From Erysipelotrichaceae bacterium (GTDB taxonomy: Bacteria; Bacillota_I; Bacilli_A; Erysipelotrichales; Erysipelotrichaceae), in assembly GCA_045652605.1 (NCBI GenBank), contig JAZRUQ010000164.1:1-39830 (forward strand): a DNA stretch of 39,830 nt, read 5' to 3'. The translations under genes and the position numbers were made by a program. Under the pieces are notes generated by a model, which made no database searches, was not told the DNA's origin, and saw only the letters and a program-made list of their open reading frames with translations. Positions 24,269-32,989 of this stretch are shown piece after piece. The stretch's first letter is position 1. The number at the start of each line of letters is the position of its first letter.

Positions 24269-25642
24269 ATGAAATCAGCAATATTAATGGCTGCCGGTAA
24301 AGGAACGCGTATGCATTCTGATTTGCCAAAAGTCATGCATCAAGTCTGTGGAAAACCAATGCTGTCTCACATCATTGATAACTGCAGAAAAGCCTCAGTA
24401 GAAAGAATAGTGACAATTGTTGGTTATGGTCATGAAATTGTAGAAGCAGCAATGCAGAATGAATGTGAATTCGCACTGCAGATGCCACAGTTGGGAACAG
24501 GTCATGCAGTGATGCAGGCTAGACAACTTGAAAATGAAAAAGGATTGACTCTGGTCATCAATGGGGACTGCCCATGCATTCAAAGTGAAACACTGGAACA
24601 GTTGTTGAAGGAATGCGAAGATGCAGATATGGTCGTTCTTAGTGCAGTTGTAGAAGATGCAAGATCATATGGTCGTATTGTCCGCAAGGAAAATGGAAAC
24701 ATTGATCGCATTGTAGAATTCAAAGACTGCAATGAAGAAGAAAAGGCAATTCATGAAATCAATACAGGTATTTACTGTTTCAACAATGAAAAACTGTTTA
24801 AACATCTGAAGGATATTGAAAACAAGAATGCTCAGAAAGAGTATTACATTACCGATCTAGTTGAAATCTTCAATCGCAATGGTTTGACTGTAAAGGCAAC
24901 AATCGCTAAAAACAATGAAGAAGTAGCAGGCGTGAATGACTGTTATGAATTATCTTTGGCAGATAAGTGGATGAGAGCTCAGATCAATGAAAAATGGATG
25001 AGAGCTGGAGTTACATTTGTGAATCCGGATGCAACATATGTGGGTACTGATGTTACATTTGGTCATGATGTTACGTTGTATCCTAATGTGACATTGACAG
25101 GAAAAACTCATATTGGTAATGGAACAACAATTTTACCAAATTGCTGGCTGGAAAATGCAGTGATTGGTGAAAACTGCAAGATTGATGCTTCTCGTATCAT
25201 TGATAGTGAGCTTAAGGATGACATTACTGTAGGTCCTTTTGCCCATATTCGTGGACATTCACTGGTTGAATCCAAAAACCGAGTTGGAAATTTCGTTGAA
25301 TTCAAAAACAATCATATGGGATATGACAGCAGATGTGCTCATCTGACTTATTTGGGAGATTGTGAAATTGGAAGCAACGTCAATATTGGCTGCGGCGTAG
25401 TAACAGTAAACTACGATGGAAAAAATAAATGGCGTACAACAGTAAAGGATGGTGCGTTCATTGGTTCAAATGCAAATCTGATTGCACCAGTTACGGTTGG
25501 TGAAAATGGATTTGTCGCTTGCGGCAGCACAATTACCGACAATGTTGATGATACTGACATGGCTATTGCCCGTGTAAGACAAGTCAACAAACCAGGATAT
25601 GGAAAAGCGTACCTTGATAAGGTTCGCGGAAAAAATAAATAG
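24269..25642 (+). CDS. glmU: bifunctional UDP-N-acetylglucosamine pyrophosphorylase / glucosamine-1-phosphate N-acetyltransferase
   Basis: N-terminal ILMAAGKGTRM..DLPKV.H, and left-handed beta-helix hexapeptide repeats in the C-terminal half. 457 aa. Confidence 0.95.
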   Translation: MKSAILMAAGKGTRMHSDLPKVMHQVCGKPMLSHIIDNCRKASVERIVTIVGYGHEIVEAAMQNECEFALQMPQLGTGHAVMQARQLENEKGLTLVINGDCPCIQSETLEQLLKECEDADMVVLSAVVEDARSYGRIVRKENGNIDRIVEFKDCNEEEKAIHEINTGIYCFNNEKLFKHLKDIENKNAQKEYYITDLVEIFNRNGLTVKATIAKNNEEVAGVNDCYELSLADKWMRAQINEKWMRAGVTFVNPDATYVGTDVTFGHDVTLYPNVTLTGKTHIGNGTTILPNCWLENAVIGENCKIDASRIIDSELKDDITVGPFAHIRGHSLVESKNRVGNFVEFKNNHMGYDSRCAHLTYLGDCEIGSNVNIGCGVVTVNYDGKNKWRTTVKDGAFIGSNANLIAPVTVGENGFVACGSTITDNVDDTDMAIARVRQVNKPGYGKAYLDKVRGKNK

Positions 25643-25654
25643 GGGGAAACTTAA

Positions 25655-26614
25655 ATGATGAAAGAAACTGTAATCTTCTCGCTGACTTCAAGCGTAGAAC
25701 TGACAAAAGAAATCTGCAACTATCTGAATCTGCCAATGGGTAAATGTGCAGTAAGACATTTTGCGGATGGAGAAATTCTGATTGAACCTGAAGAAACTGT
25801 ACGTGGCCGTTCAGTATTTATCATTCAGTCAACTTGTGCACCAGTGTCTGAAACATTGATGGAAGTTCTGATCTGTCTGGATGCATGCCGTCGTGCAAGT
25901 GCAGGAGAAATTACTGTTGTAACTCCATACTTTGGATATGCTCGTCAGGACCGCAAAGCTCGTGCTCGTCAGCCTATCACAGCGAAACTGGTTGCAAACC
26001 TGCTCGAAAGCGCAGGAGCTGACCGCGTTGTCACTGTTGATTTGCATGCAACACAGATTCAGGGATTCTTCAATATCCCAATCGATAACCTGAGTGCTAT
26101 CTCATTGATTGGACAGTACTTCCGTTCAAAGAATTTGGAAGATATCGTTGTTGTATCGCCTGACCATGGTGGAACAACTCGCGCACGCAATCTGGCAGAT
26201 CTGTTGAATGCTCCAATGGCAATCATCGATAAGCGTCGTCCAAAACCAAACGTAGCTGAAGCAATGAACATCATCGGGGATGTTGAAGGCAAAGACGTTG
26301 TCATCATTGATGATATGTGCGATACAGCAGGAAGCTTGGTAGCTGGTATCAAGATTCTGAAGGATAAGGGTGCTAAGGATATCTATTGTGCAGTCAGCCA
26401 TGGACTTCTGTCTGGACCTGCAGTTGAACGACTGAACAACGCTCCTATCAAGGAATTCGTTATCACAAACACAATTGAACTTCCTGAAGAAAAGCGCAAT
26501 GCTTGCCCTAAGATTACAGTATTGTCAGTAGGTTACATGCTGGCAAAGACAATCGAAGCTATCAAGACACATTCACCTGTATCTGAAGTTTACGATTTAT
26601 TCAATGACAAATAA
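25655..26614 (+). CDS. prs: ribose-phosphate pyrophosphokinase
   Basis: Matches YFGYARQDRK, DLHA.QIQGFF and PRPP loop VIIDDMCDTAGS. Follows glmU, as in Bacilli. Confidence 0.95.
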   Translation: MMKETVIFSLTSSVELTKEICNYLNLPMGKCAVRHFADGEILIEPEETVRGRSVFIIQSTCAPVSETLMEVLICLDACRRASAGEITVVTPYFGYARQDRKARARQPITAKLVANLLESAGADRVVTVDLHATQIQGFFNIPIDNLSAISLIGQYFRSKNLEDIVVVSPDHGGTTRARNLADLLNAPMAIIDKRRPKPNVAEAMNIIGDVEGKDVVIIDDMCDTAGSLVAGIKILKDKGAKDIYCAVSHGLLSGPAVERLNNAPIKEFVITNTIELPEEKRNACPKITVLSVGYMLAKTIEAIKTHSPVSEVYDLFNDK

Positions 26615-26640
26615 GAAGAGCCGAAAGGCTCTTTTTGTTT
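26615..26640 (+). terminator. rho-independent terminator of prs
   Basis: AGAGCC-GAAA-GGCTCT followed by TTTT. Confidence 0.75.
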
Positions 26641-26650
26641 AGTATTTTAT

Positions 26651-26668
26651 ATAATGGGAATCGTTATC
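26651..26668 (-). repeat. copy C of the repeat (intergenic, between prs and degV; inverted)
   Basis: The reverse complement reads GATAACGATTCCCATTAT. In the frame matching copy A it reads ..IFLITIPII-stop. Confidence 0.8.
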
Positions 26669-26814
26669 AAGAAAATATAATTAAGCCTTTATTAATGTGT
26701 TTTTTTGAACGATTAGTAAGGTATAAATAGAATTGTCAAATATGATAAAAGCATAACATTACCATTTGGAAATACAAATATTTCCAGAAATCTCACGAGA
26801 AATATATGTTTTTT

Positions 26815-26850
26815 ATAAAAAGAAGACGTTCGATTTGAACGTCTTTTTAA
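26815..26850. terminator. bidirectional hairpin terminator downstream of degV
   Basis: AAGACGTTC-GATTT-GAACGTCTT flanked by an A-run and a T-run. Confidence 0.7.
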
Positions 26851-26853
26851 TAT

Positions 26854-27681
26854 CTAGAAATCTTCAAAGGCAACCAGAATACCGCCAAGTTCTGCATAGA
26901 AGCAGTTGAGGGCGTGATTGAGATGAATTTCAATCTGGCATTCAGGGAATTCCGCAAGAATTGCATTCTTAAGGGATTCAGCGCCTTTTTCGTTGTAGCA
27001 GTGACCAATCATCACTTTAGATCCTTTGAATCCAATTTCTTTCATGTTGTTGAGAAGAAGAGGAATGGCACGTTTTTCGCCACGGCATTTGTTGCGCTGT
27101 TCCAGTTGGCCTTCAACAGCTTCACCGACAATACGAATACCCAGTGCATTGACTGCCATGGCAATTGCAGGGCTTACACGTCCATTTCTTGCCAGGTTCG
27201 TTACAGATTCCAGTGAAAACAACAGATGAGTGTGTGAATAGTATTCTGTAATCTGCTCCTTCACTTCTTCAAATGACAGACCGTCGTTAATCAATTCAGC
27301 CAGTTTATCAATAATCATCTTCATGTGTGGGCCAGTAGAGAGTGAGTCAACAACGTGAACTTTGCGTCCAGGATGTTCTTCCATGTACTGATTTCCTGCC
27401 ATAATTGCGGAGTTGTAGGATCCAGACAGCTTTGACGTAATGGTTACACAGAACACACCTTCTGCATCACCAAATGCTTCTTCCCATTCTGCAGCATTTG
27501 GGCATGATGTGCCGCTTTTTCCTTTATATGCTTTGATTTCCTGAGCCATATGATAGATATCAAGATTTTCGTCATCAACGTATTCTTTCTGTGCGATAAT
27601 CTTCAGCGGAACAGAAGCATAATCAACGGTATTCATTTTATAGACGTTGGATGCTGAGTCTGCAACAATTTTCAATTTCAT
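26854..27681 (-). CDS. degV: DegV family fatty-acid-binding protein
   Basis: MKLKIVADSASN..., ...TSCPN.....AF..., ...ITSKLSGSYNSA... ATG 27681 lies 8 nt after AAGAGG; the track start at 27699 is a TTG. Confidence 0.9.
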   Translation of the reverse strand: MKLKIVADSASNVYKMNTVDYASVPLKIIAQKEYVDDENLDIYHMAQEIKAYKGKSGTSCPNAAEWEEAFGDAEGVFCVTITSKLSGSYNSAIMAGNQYMEEHPGRKVHVVDSLSTGPHMKMIIDKLAELINDGLSFEEVKEQITEYYSHTHLLFSLESVTNLARNGRVSPAIAMAVNALGIRIVGEAVEGQLEQRNKCRGEKRAIPLLLNNMKEIGFKGSKVMIGHCYNEKGAESLKNAILAEFPECQIEIHLNHALNCFYAELGGILVAFEDF

Positions 27682-27782
27682 ACATAAACCTCTTTTCAAT
27701 CGATTTCTATAAACCGATATATGCCAATATAACTAATCATAACTATGATGTCAAGGGTTAATTGAAACCCTGTGCGCACGTC

Positions 27783-27811
27783 TTGACGAACTAATGTTCT
27801 AAACGTAGAAT
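27783..27811 (+). promoter_or_regulatory. near-consensus sigma-A promoter, transcript probably leaderless
   Basis: TTGACG (27783-27788), 17-nt spacer, TAGAAT (27806-27811). The ATG of the next gene is at 27818, with no Shine-Dalgarno sequence in between. Confidence 0.55.
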
Positions 27812-27817
27812 ATTGAT

Positions 27818-28345
27818 ATGGAACATACAATTAATGAACAAATTCTACAAAAAGTGAAGAGATTTAATCTTCCTGAATATGATGCAATTCCTGATGTAGG
27901 ACTGTATCTGGAGCAGGTTGTACAGTATATCAATGATTGTTTTAAACAGGTTCCTGGTATGGAAATCACAGGTTCTATGATCAGCAATTATGTAAAACAG
28001 GGAGTTGTAGGGAAATCCATCAAGAAGAGATATTATCGTGAACACATTGTCCGTCTGATCTTCTCAGTTGTGGCTAAAAGCGTACTTTCATTGGATAATA
28101 TTGGTCTGTTGTTTGTGATGCATGCAGAAGTCTATCCTGATTATGTGGCTTATGAATATCTGAGAGAAGAAATGCGAAATGTAGGGGAGTATGTATTCGG
28201 TCTCAAAGATGATCTGCCTGAAATCGGAGTTACTCACTCAGATGCAAAAACCTTGTTGAGAAAGACAATTATTGCCTTTATGCATAAGATTTATGTGGAT
28301 ATGCATCTGGAACTGGAAAGAGAGAAAAGAGAAAGCGCCAAGTGA
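27818..28345 (+). CDS. DUF1836 domain-containing protein (HTH-like, commonly paired with degV)
   Basis: About 175 aa. The N-terminal pattern LPEYD.IPD.GLYLEQVV.YIN......PG..IT.SMI.NYVK.G is as I recall for DUF1836. Divergent from degV. Confidence 0.7.
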   Translation: MEHTINEQILQKVKRFNLPEYDAIPDVGLYLEQVVQYINDCFKQVPGMEITGSMISNYVKQGVVGKSIKKRYYREHIVRLIFSVVAKSVLSLDNIGLLFVMHAEVYPDYVAYEYLREEMRNVGEYVFGLKDDLPEIGVTHSDAKTLLRKTIIAFMHKIYVDMHLELEREKRESAK

Positions 28346-28357
28346 TGGCGCTTTTTT
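28333..28357. terminator. bidirectional hairpin terminator between convergent genes
   Basis: AAGCGCCA-AGTGA-TGGCGCTT followed by TTTTT. The TGA stop of the + gene is in the loop. Confidence 0.7.
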
Positions 28358-29744
28358 AATCGATTAAATGAGGTTTAACATCAGATGGAATCAGACATTG
28401 ATAAGAATCTGAACCAAGACGCTGCATGAATTCAGCCTTGGCTTTTTCGATAAGTTCAGGATGTTTGTGAAGTTCAATTGCAGCACATGCCAGTACTTTT
28501 CCTGCATAAAGCATTCCTTTGTGTGCGAGAGATGATTTGCCTTGGGCAACCCATTGCCAGCTGTGAGCACCTGCACCTAATGCATAACATGCTGTGTTGA
28601 TCTGTCCTGTTGGAACGACCCATGATACATCACCAACATCAGTAGAGCCCATTCCACAGTCTTCGCTGTGTACATTTTCTACGACACCAATATGAATTGG
28701 CTGAGTTCTGATCATGTTTAAAAGCTCGGCTTTGTTTTTAGCGTGCTGAGGTGCAGTGATATTTTCAATAGGGAATGTATTCTTGAAATTTTGTGCGTAA
28801 TCGAGTTCTTTCTGTGTGTAAACAGGTGCGCTGACCTTTTTGAAAGCATCTTGGAGAACATCTTCCAGCACATAGTTAGGAATTGTATTGCTTAAACCTT
28901 CATCAAATAAAACATCCAGTTTCGTTTCTGTCATTAAGGCAGCACCTTTGGCAATGTTGATGACACGATCATACAGTTTTAACACTTTAGGATTTGTTGT
29001 AGAACGGATGAAATATTTGACTTCAGCTTCAGATTGAACAACGTTTGGAGCTTTGCCGCCAACATTGAGGTAAGCATAGTGAACACGATCTGTGGGTTCC
29101 ATGTGTTCTCTTAAGTAGTTGACGCCGACATTCATCAGTTCACAGGCATCAAGGGCAGAGCGTCCAAGGTGAGGTGATCCTGCTGCGTGAGATGAAACAC
29201 CGTGGAAACGGAAATTGACACTGATGCAGCTTTGTGAAGAACCTGTATCAACCTGATTGAACAAACTTGGATGCCATGTCAAAGCGATATCCGTGTTGTT
29301 GAGATAACCATCTCTTGCAAGATAGGCTTTACCGCTTCCTGCTTCTTCGGCAGGACATCCCAGTACTTCTACTGTACCAGTCAGGTTGTTTTCTTTCAGG
29401 TAATTTCGATATTCAATGGCAGCTGCAATTGCCCCCACCCCTAACAGATGATGTCCACATCCGTGACCAGTTGCTTCATTGGATGTGATTGGTCGGTATT
29501 CAGTCACATCAGCTGTCTGATTCATGCCAAACAATGCATCGTATTCAGTAAGAAATGTGATGACTGGTTTTCCTGTGCCCCATGTTGCCTTGTAGGCGGT
29601 TTCCATGTCTGCAATTTTTTCTGTGACATGAAATCCTTCGTTTCTCAGGAAATCACACATAGCACGACTTGACTGCACTTCAGTAAATCCTGTTTCTGCA
29701 TAAGACCAGATCTGATCTGATAAATGAGTTAATGATTGATTCAT
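28356..29744 (-). CDS. M20 family amidohydrolase (AbgB-like aminobenzoyl-glutamate hydrolase subunit B family)
   Basis: Matches ...TGHGCGHHLLG... metal-binding motif, ...GCPAEE..., ...HAAG.PH.GRSALDA... About 460 aa. Confidence 0.8.
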   Translation of the reverse strand: MNQSLTHLSDQIWSYAETGFTEVQSSRAMCDFLRNEGFHVTEKIADMETAYKATWGTGKPVITFLTEYDALFGMNQTADVTEYRPITSNEATGHGCGHHLLGVGAIAAAIEYRNYLKENNLTGTVEVLGCPAEEAGSGKAYLARDGYLNNTDIALTWHPSLFNQVDTGSSQSCISVNFRFHGVSSHAAGSPHLGRSALDACELMNVGVNYLREHMEPTDRVHYAYLNVGGKAPNVVQSEAEVKYFIRSTTNPKVLKLYDRVINIAKGAALMTETKLDVLFDEGLSNTIPNYVLEDVLQDAFKKVSAPVYTQKELDYAQNFKNTFPIENITAPQHAKNKAELLNMIRTQPIHIGVVENVHSEDCGMGSTDVGDVSWVVPTGQINTACYALGAGAHSWQWVAQGKSSLAHKGMLYAGKVLACAAIELHKHPELIEKAKAEFMQRLGSDSYQCLIPSDVKPHLID

Positions 29745-29797
29745 AGGTTTAGACTCCTTGTGTATATAAAATAAGTGTAACGAATTGATACATAAAT

Positions 29798-29826
29798 GAA
29801 AAGAAAAAGATGAACGTTTAGTTCAT
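29798..29826 (-). terminator. rho-independent terminator of addA
   Basis: On the minus strand, AGATGAAC-TAAAC-GTTCATCT overlaps the stop codon and is followed by TTTTCTTTT. Confidence 0.65.
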
Positions 29827-32800
29827 CTTAATCATCTGATTTAAATCGAAACTGTAGATATAAGCTTCAATTTGATGTTGAGGATAGAGTTGATGCAATG
29901 CCTGAAGATATGCATTAATCTGTCCATAATATCGTTGTTTAAGGAGTTCATCCGTTACATGTCGATCTGATTTGAAGTCAATCAGAGTGACAGTATCATC
30001 ACTGACGGCAAGATAGTCAATGAACCCATGAGAGAGTGATGAGCCTTCTCTTACGATAAAACTGTATTCTTTATGAATTATTAATGATTGAAGACTCAGG
30101 AAGAATTCATTGCCTCCAAGCTGAAGCATCTTTTGAATATCAGATGGATGCAGATTAGGCGCAAGTTCTTGAATCTGCTGTTTTGTCCATGGTGCGCATG
30201 GCAGATGTTCAACAAGTTCATGAAGCTGTGTGCCTCGCATATTGGCATGATATCCACTGAGATTAAGTTCAGGCAGAACACGTTCTTCAAGAGAAGATGG
30301 AGTCTGAACCTGAGATGTAATGATATGTTGCGCATAGCGGACGATTTCAGTTTGAGTGTTATCAACTGAATGATATCCTTGAGTTTTTTCGGCAGTCACC
30401 ACAACAGGCAGTACTCTATGATATCCTGAGAACTGTTCCATTCCTGACAGCAGCATATCAGTAAATCCTCGTTTTGCGGAAAGCATGGCAAGGTTTGCAG
30501 GAGATGTCTGATAGGTGTCTTTGATCTGGTCAACCATAATCAGTTTTTTCTGAGGGCGGGTTGTCGCAACATACAGCAGTCGAATATTTTCTTCAAACTC
30601 TTCAAGTGTGTTTTTGTGTTCAAGAGCCATGCGCTGAAGAGTAGGGCGCTTGATGCGATAAGGTTGTGACAGATGCATCAGTCCTAATCCTAAGTGATTG
30701 TCAATCATGCACTTTTCCAGATTGTCCATAATGCGTGTTCCCGATGTGCTCCAGAAAAAGACAACTGGGAACTGCAGACCTTTGGACTGATGTACTGTCA
30801 TGATGCGCACGACATCATCAAGTGTAGAGGATGAAATAGCTTCTGATGTAGGCTGATCTTCAATCTGTGCCAGAAAATTCAGGTACTGTATCAAGGATGA
30901 ACCATTCTTCTGTTCAAAGTCATAGATGCGGTCTGCAAACAAATCCAGGTTCGTTTTTTCCTGTACAGGAAGCATGAAATAATAGTCATTGATTTCCATC
31001 ATCGCTTTAAATGCATAAAATAGACCAGATTGAAGATATATTTCTTTTACATGATGGTAATGCTCAATAATATCGCTTTTTAAAGCCTTTAAAGCATCAT
31101 AATAAGAACGATTCCTATTTTCAATACGAATCTTTGAACACATTTCAAAGCTCATTTTAAACATTGACGAAGTTAATAAAGTGACCATGGATAGATCATC
31201 ATGTGGGTTATTGATGAGTTTGAAGAAAGCGATAATTTCCTGCAGTGAAACAGACTTATAGAAGCCTGATTTGACTGCCATGGAGTTAGGAATACCATAC
31301 TTGTCGAAGCTGTAACGCAGTTTATCTTTGACTGCATGAGAGCGTACAAGCACACAGTAATCAGACCACTTTTTGAATTGAGTGCTCTGTCTCATGGAGA
31401 GAATCTGACGGGAAATATAGTCAGCTTTCAAATCACCGAGATCTTCATCTTCCTCTGTTTTCGTATAGCTTAGGGCGTGGAATTCCACTGGGAATTCATG
31501 ATGGTCATCCTGATTTTCTGTACCGATAGAAACCCAGTCGCTGTCTGTATAAGATTGTGAAAGACCGTAAATGTTCATCAGCACATCAAACAAATAGTTG
31601 TTGAATTCGACGATGCTCTTGCATGAACGATAGTTTTCAGACAGGAAAATAATTTCTTGTGATCCATCTGTCGTTTGAATCAAATCTCGCATAATTTGAG
31701 GGCGTGCTCCTCTGAAGCGATAGATGGATTGTTTAATATCTCCAACACGGAAGATGTTGTTGCCTCTGCTGATCAGTTCAATAATCATATTTTGAACATC
31801 GTTGGTATCCTGAAATTCATCGACAAGAATATCAATGAACTGGCGCTGCATTTTTTTGGCAGTTCGCTTGTTGTCGGCAAGCAGAATTTTCAAGGCAAAC
31901 TGTTCCATATCAGAGAAGTCCATGGCTTGACGATTTAATTTAGCTTGTGAATAATTCAGATCAATCAGATCAGCCAGATCAATCAACGTATGGCCATAAG
32001 AAGACATTTCATTGATGGATTGAATCAGCTGGTCTTCAGGAATCAAAAAGCCAACCGCATCATTGCAAAGTTCCATGATTTTCTTGCGAACCGGCTTTAA
32101 AGCTTCTTCCTTCGTGACACGACCTAGTGGTGATTCACAGCTGTTTCGAATAATGCGATAAACTTCAGTGTAATTGTTTTCTTCGAGTGCATCCTGTAAA
32201 GGAGCGAGTTTCTCTTTGCGCAGGCGTACACTGCTTTCAAATGTTGCAGCATCAATCTGATCTTTGTTGATGATATCCAACGCTTCATCCAGAGCATTTT
32301 CAATGCACAATGCATAAGAACGACATGCTTCCATAAAGACATGCATCATTTCAGGATGAACCTGAGAGAGTGTCTGGACAGGTTTCAGGTAGTTTTTGAA
32401 TCGCACAAGGGTTTCTTCACGATTTTCAGTTTCAGACAGGACAAGAGCAAGTTTCAGCGCATTCGCTTTAAGGGATTCGTAGTCATCACTTCGCCCACTG
32501 AAATAATTGCACAATTCAGTAAATTCCTTTTCATCTTTTTGAAGCATGGTATTGAATGCGTTCGTCCATGCATCTTCTTTTAATTGTGTGCATTCTTCAT
32601 CGCTGAGAATGTTGGATGCAGTTTTTGGATCCAGATTAATCATGAAATAGTTTTCTTTGATTAAAGAAAGACAGAAAGAGTGAATGGTTGAGACATGTGC
32701 ACTGCCAAGCAGGACCAGCTGATCCTGCAGGTACTGTCTTTGTGTTTCATCTGTTTCCTCTTTTAAGAGGTTTGAAAGAGAGCTGAAAAGACGGCTTTTC

Positions 32801-32988
32801 ATTTCTGCAGCAGCAGCTTCAGTAAATGTCATCGCCAGAATAGAAGTTACAGGGACATGATCTTTGGCTACACGTTTTGTCAATCGTGCAGTCAGTACAG
32901 CTGTTTTGCCTGCACCGGCAGAGGCTGAAACAACCACATTGCGACCGATGGTATCAATCGCTTTTTGTTGATTTGGACTCCAGCGCAT
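29818..32988 (-). CDS. addA: helicase-exonuclease AddAB, subunit A (UvrD-type helicase with C-terminal PD-(D/E)xK nuclease)
   Basis: W.PNQQKAI, Walker A SASAGAGKT, DEFQDT, and C-terminal GFIDYLAVSDDTVTLIDFKSD nuclease motif. Follows addB in the same operon. Confidence 0.9.
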   Translation of the reverse strand: MRWSPNQQKAIDTIGRNVVVSASAGAGKTAVLTARLTKRVAKDHVPVTSILAMTFTEAAAAEMKSRLFSSLSNLLKEETDETQRQYLQDQLVLLGSAHVSTIHSFCLSLIKENYFMINLDPKTASNILSDEECTQLKEDAWTNAFNTMLQKDEKEFTELCNYFSGRSDDYESLKANALKLALVLSETENREETLVRFKNYLKPVQTLSQVHPEMMHVFMEACRSYALCIENALDEALDIINKDQIDAATFESSVRLRKEKLAPLQDALEENNYTEVYRIIRNSCESPLGRVTKEEALKPVRKKIMELCNDAVGFLIPEDQLIQSINEMSSYGHTLIDLADLIDLNYSQAKLNRQAMDFSDMEQFALKILLADNKRTAKKMQRQFIDILVDEFQDTNDVQNMIIELISRGNNIFRVGDIKQSIYRFRGARPQIMRDLIQTTDGSQEIIFLSENYRSCKSIVEFNNYLFDVLMNIYGLSQSYTDSDWVSIGTENQDDHHEFPVEFHALSYTKTEEDEDLGDLKADYISRQILSMRQSTQFKKWSDYCVLVRSHAVKDKLRYSFDKYGIPNSMAVKSGFYKSVSLQEIIAFFKLINNPHDDLSMVTLLTSSMFKMSFEMCSKIRIENRNRSYYDALKALKSDIIEHYHHVKEIYLQSGLFYAFKAMMEINDYYFMLPVQEKTNLDLFADRIYDFEQKNGSSLIQYLNFLAQIEDQPTSEAISSSTLDDVVRIMTVHQSKGLQFPVVFFWSTSGTRIMDNLEKCMIDNHLGLGLMHLSQPYRIKRPTLQRMALEHKNTLEEFEENIRLLYVATTRPQKKLIMVDQIKDTYQTSPANLAMLSAKRGFTDMLLSGMEQFSGYHRVLPVVVTAEKTQGYHSVDNTQTEIVRYAQHIITSQVQTPSSLEERVLPELNLSGYHANMRGTQLHELVEHLPCAPWTKQQIQELAPNLHPSDIQKMLQLGGNEFFLSLQSLIIHKEYSFIVREGSSLSHGFIDYLAVSDDTVTLIDFKSDRHVTDELLKQRYYGQINAYLQALHQLYPQHQIEAYIYSFDLNQMIKMN

Positions 32989-32989
32989 A

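Noticed and set aside
26641-26814. A small RNA gene in the 170-bp gap between the prs and degV terminators (contains the hairpin TGGAAATA-CAAA-TATTTCCA at about 26766-26785)
   Set aside because: No promoter with acceptable -35/-10 spacing could be found on either strand, and the hairpin lacks a T-run. Part of the gap is explained by the signal-peptide relic repeat.
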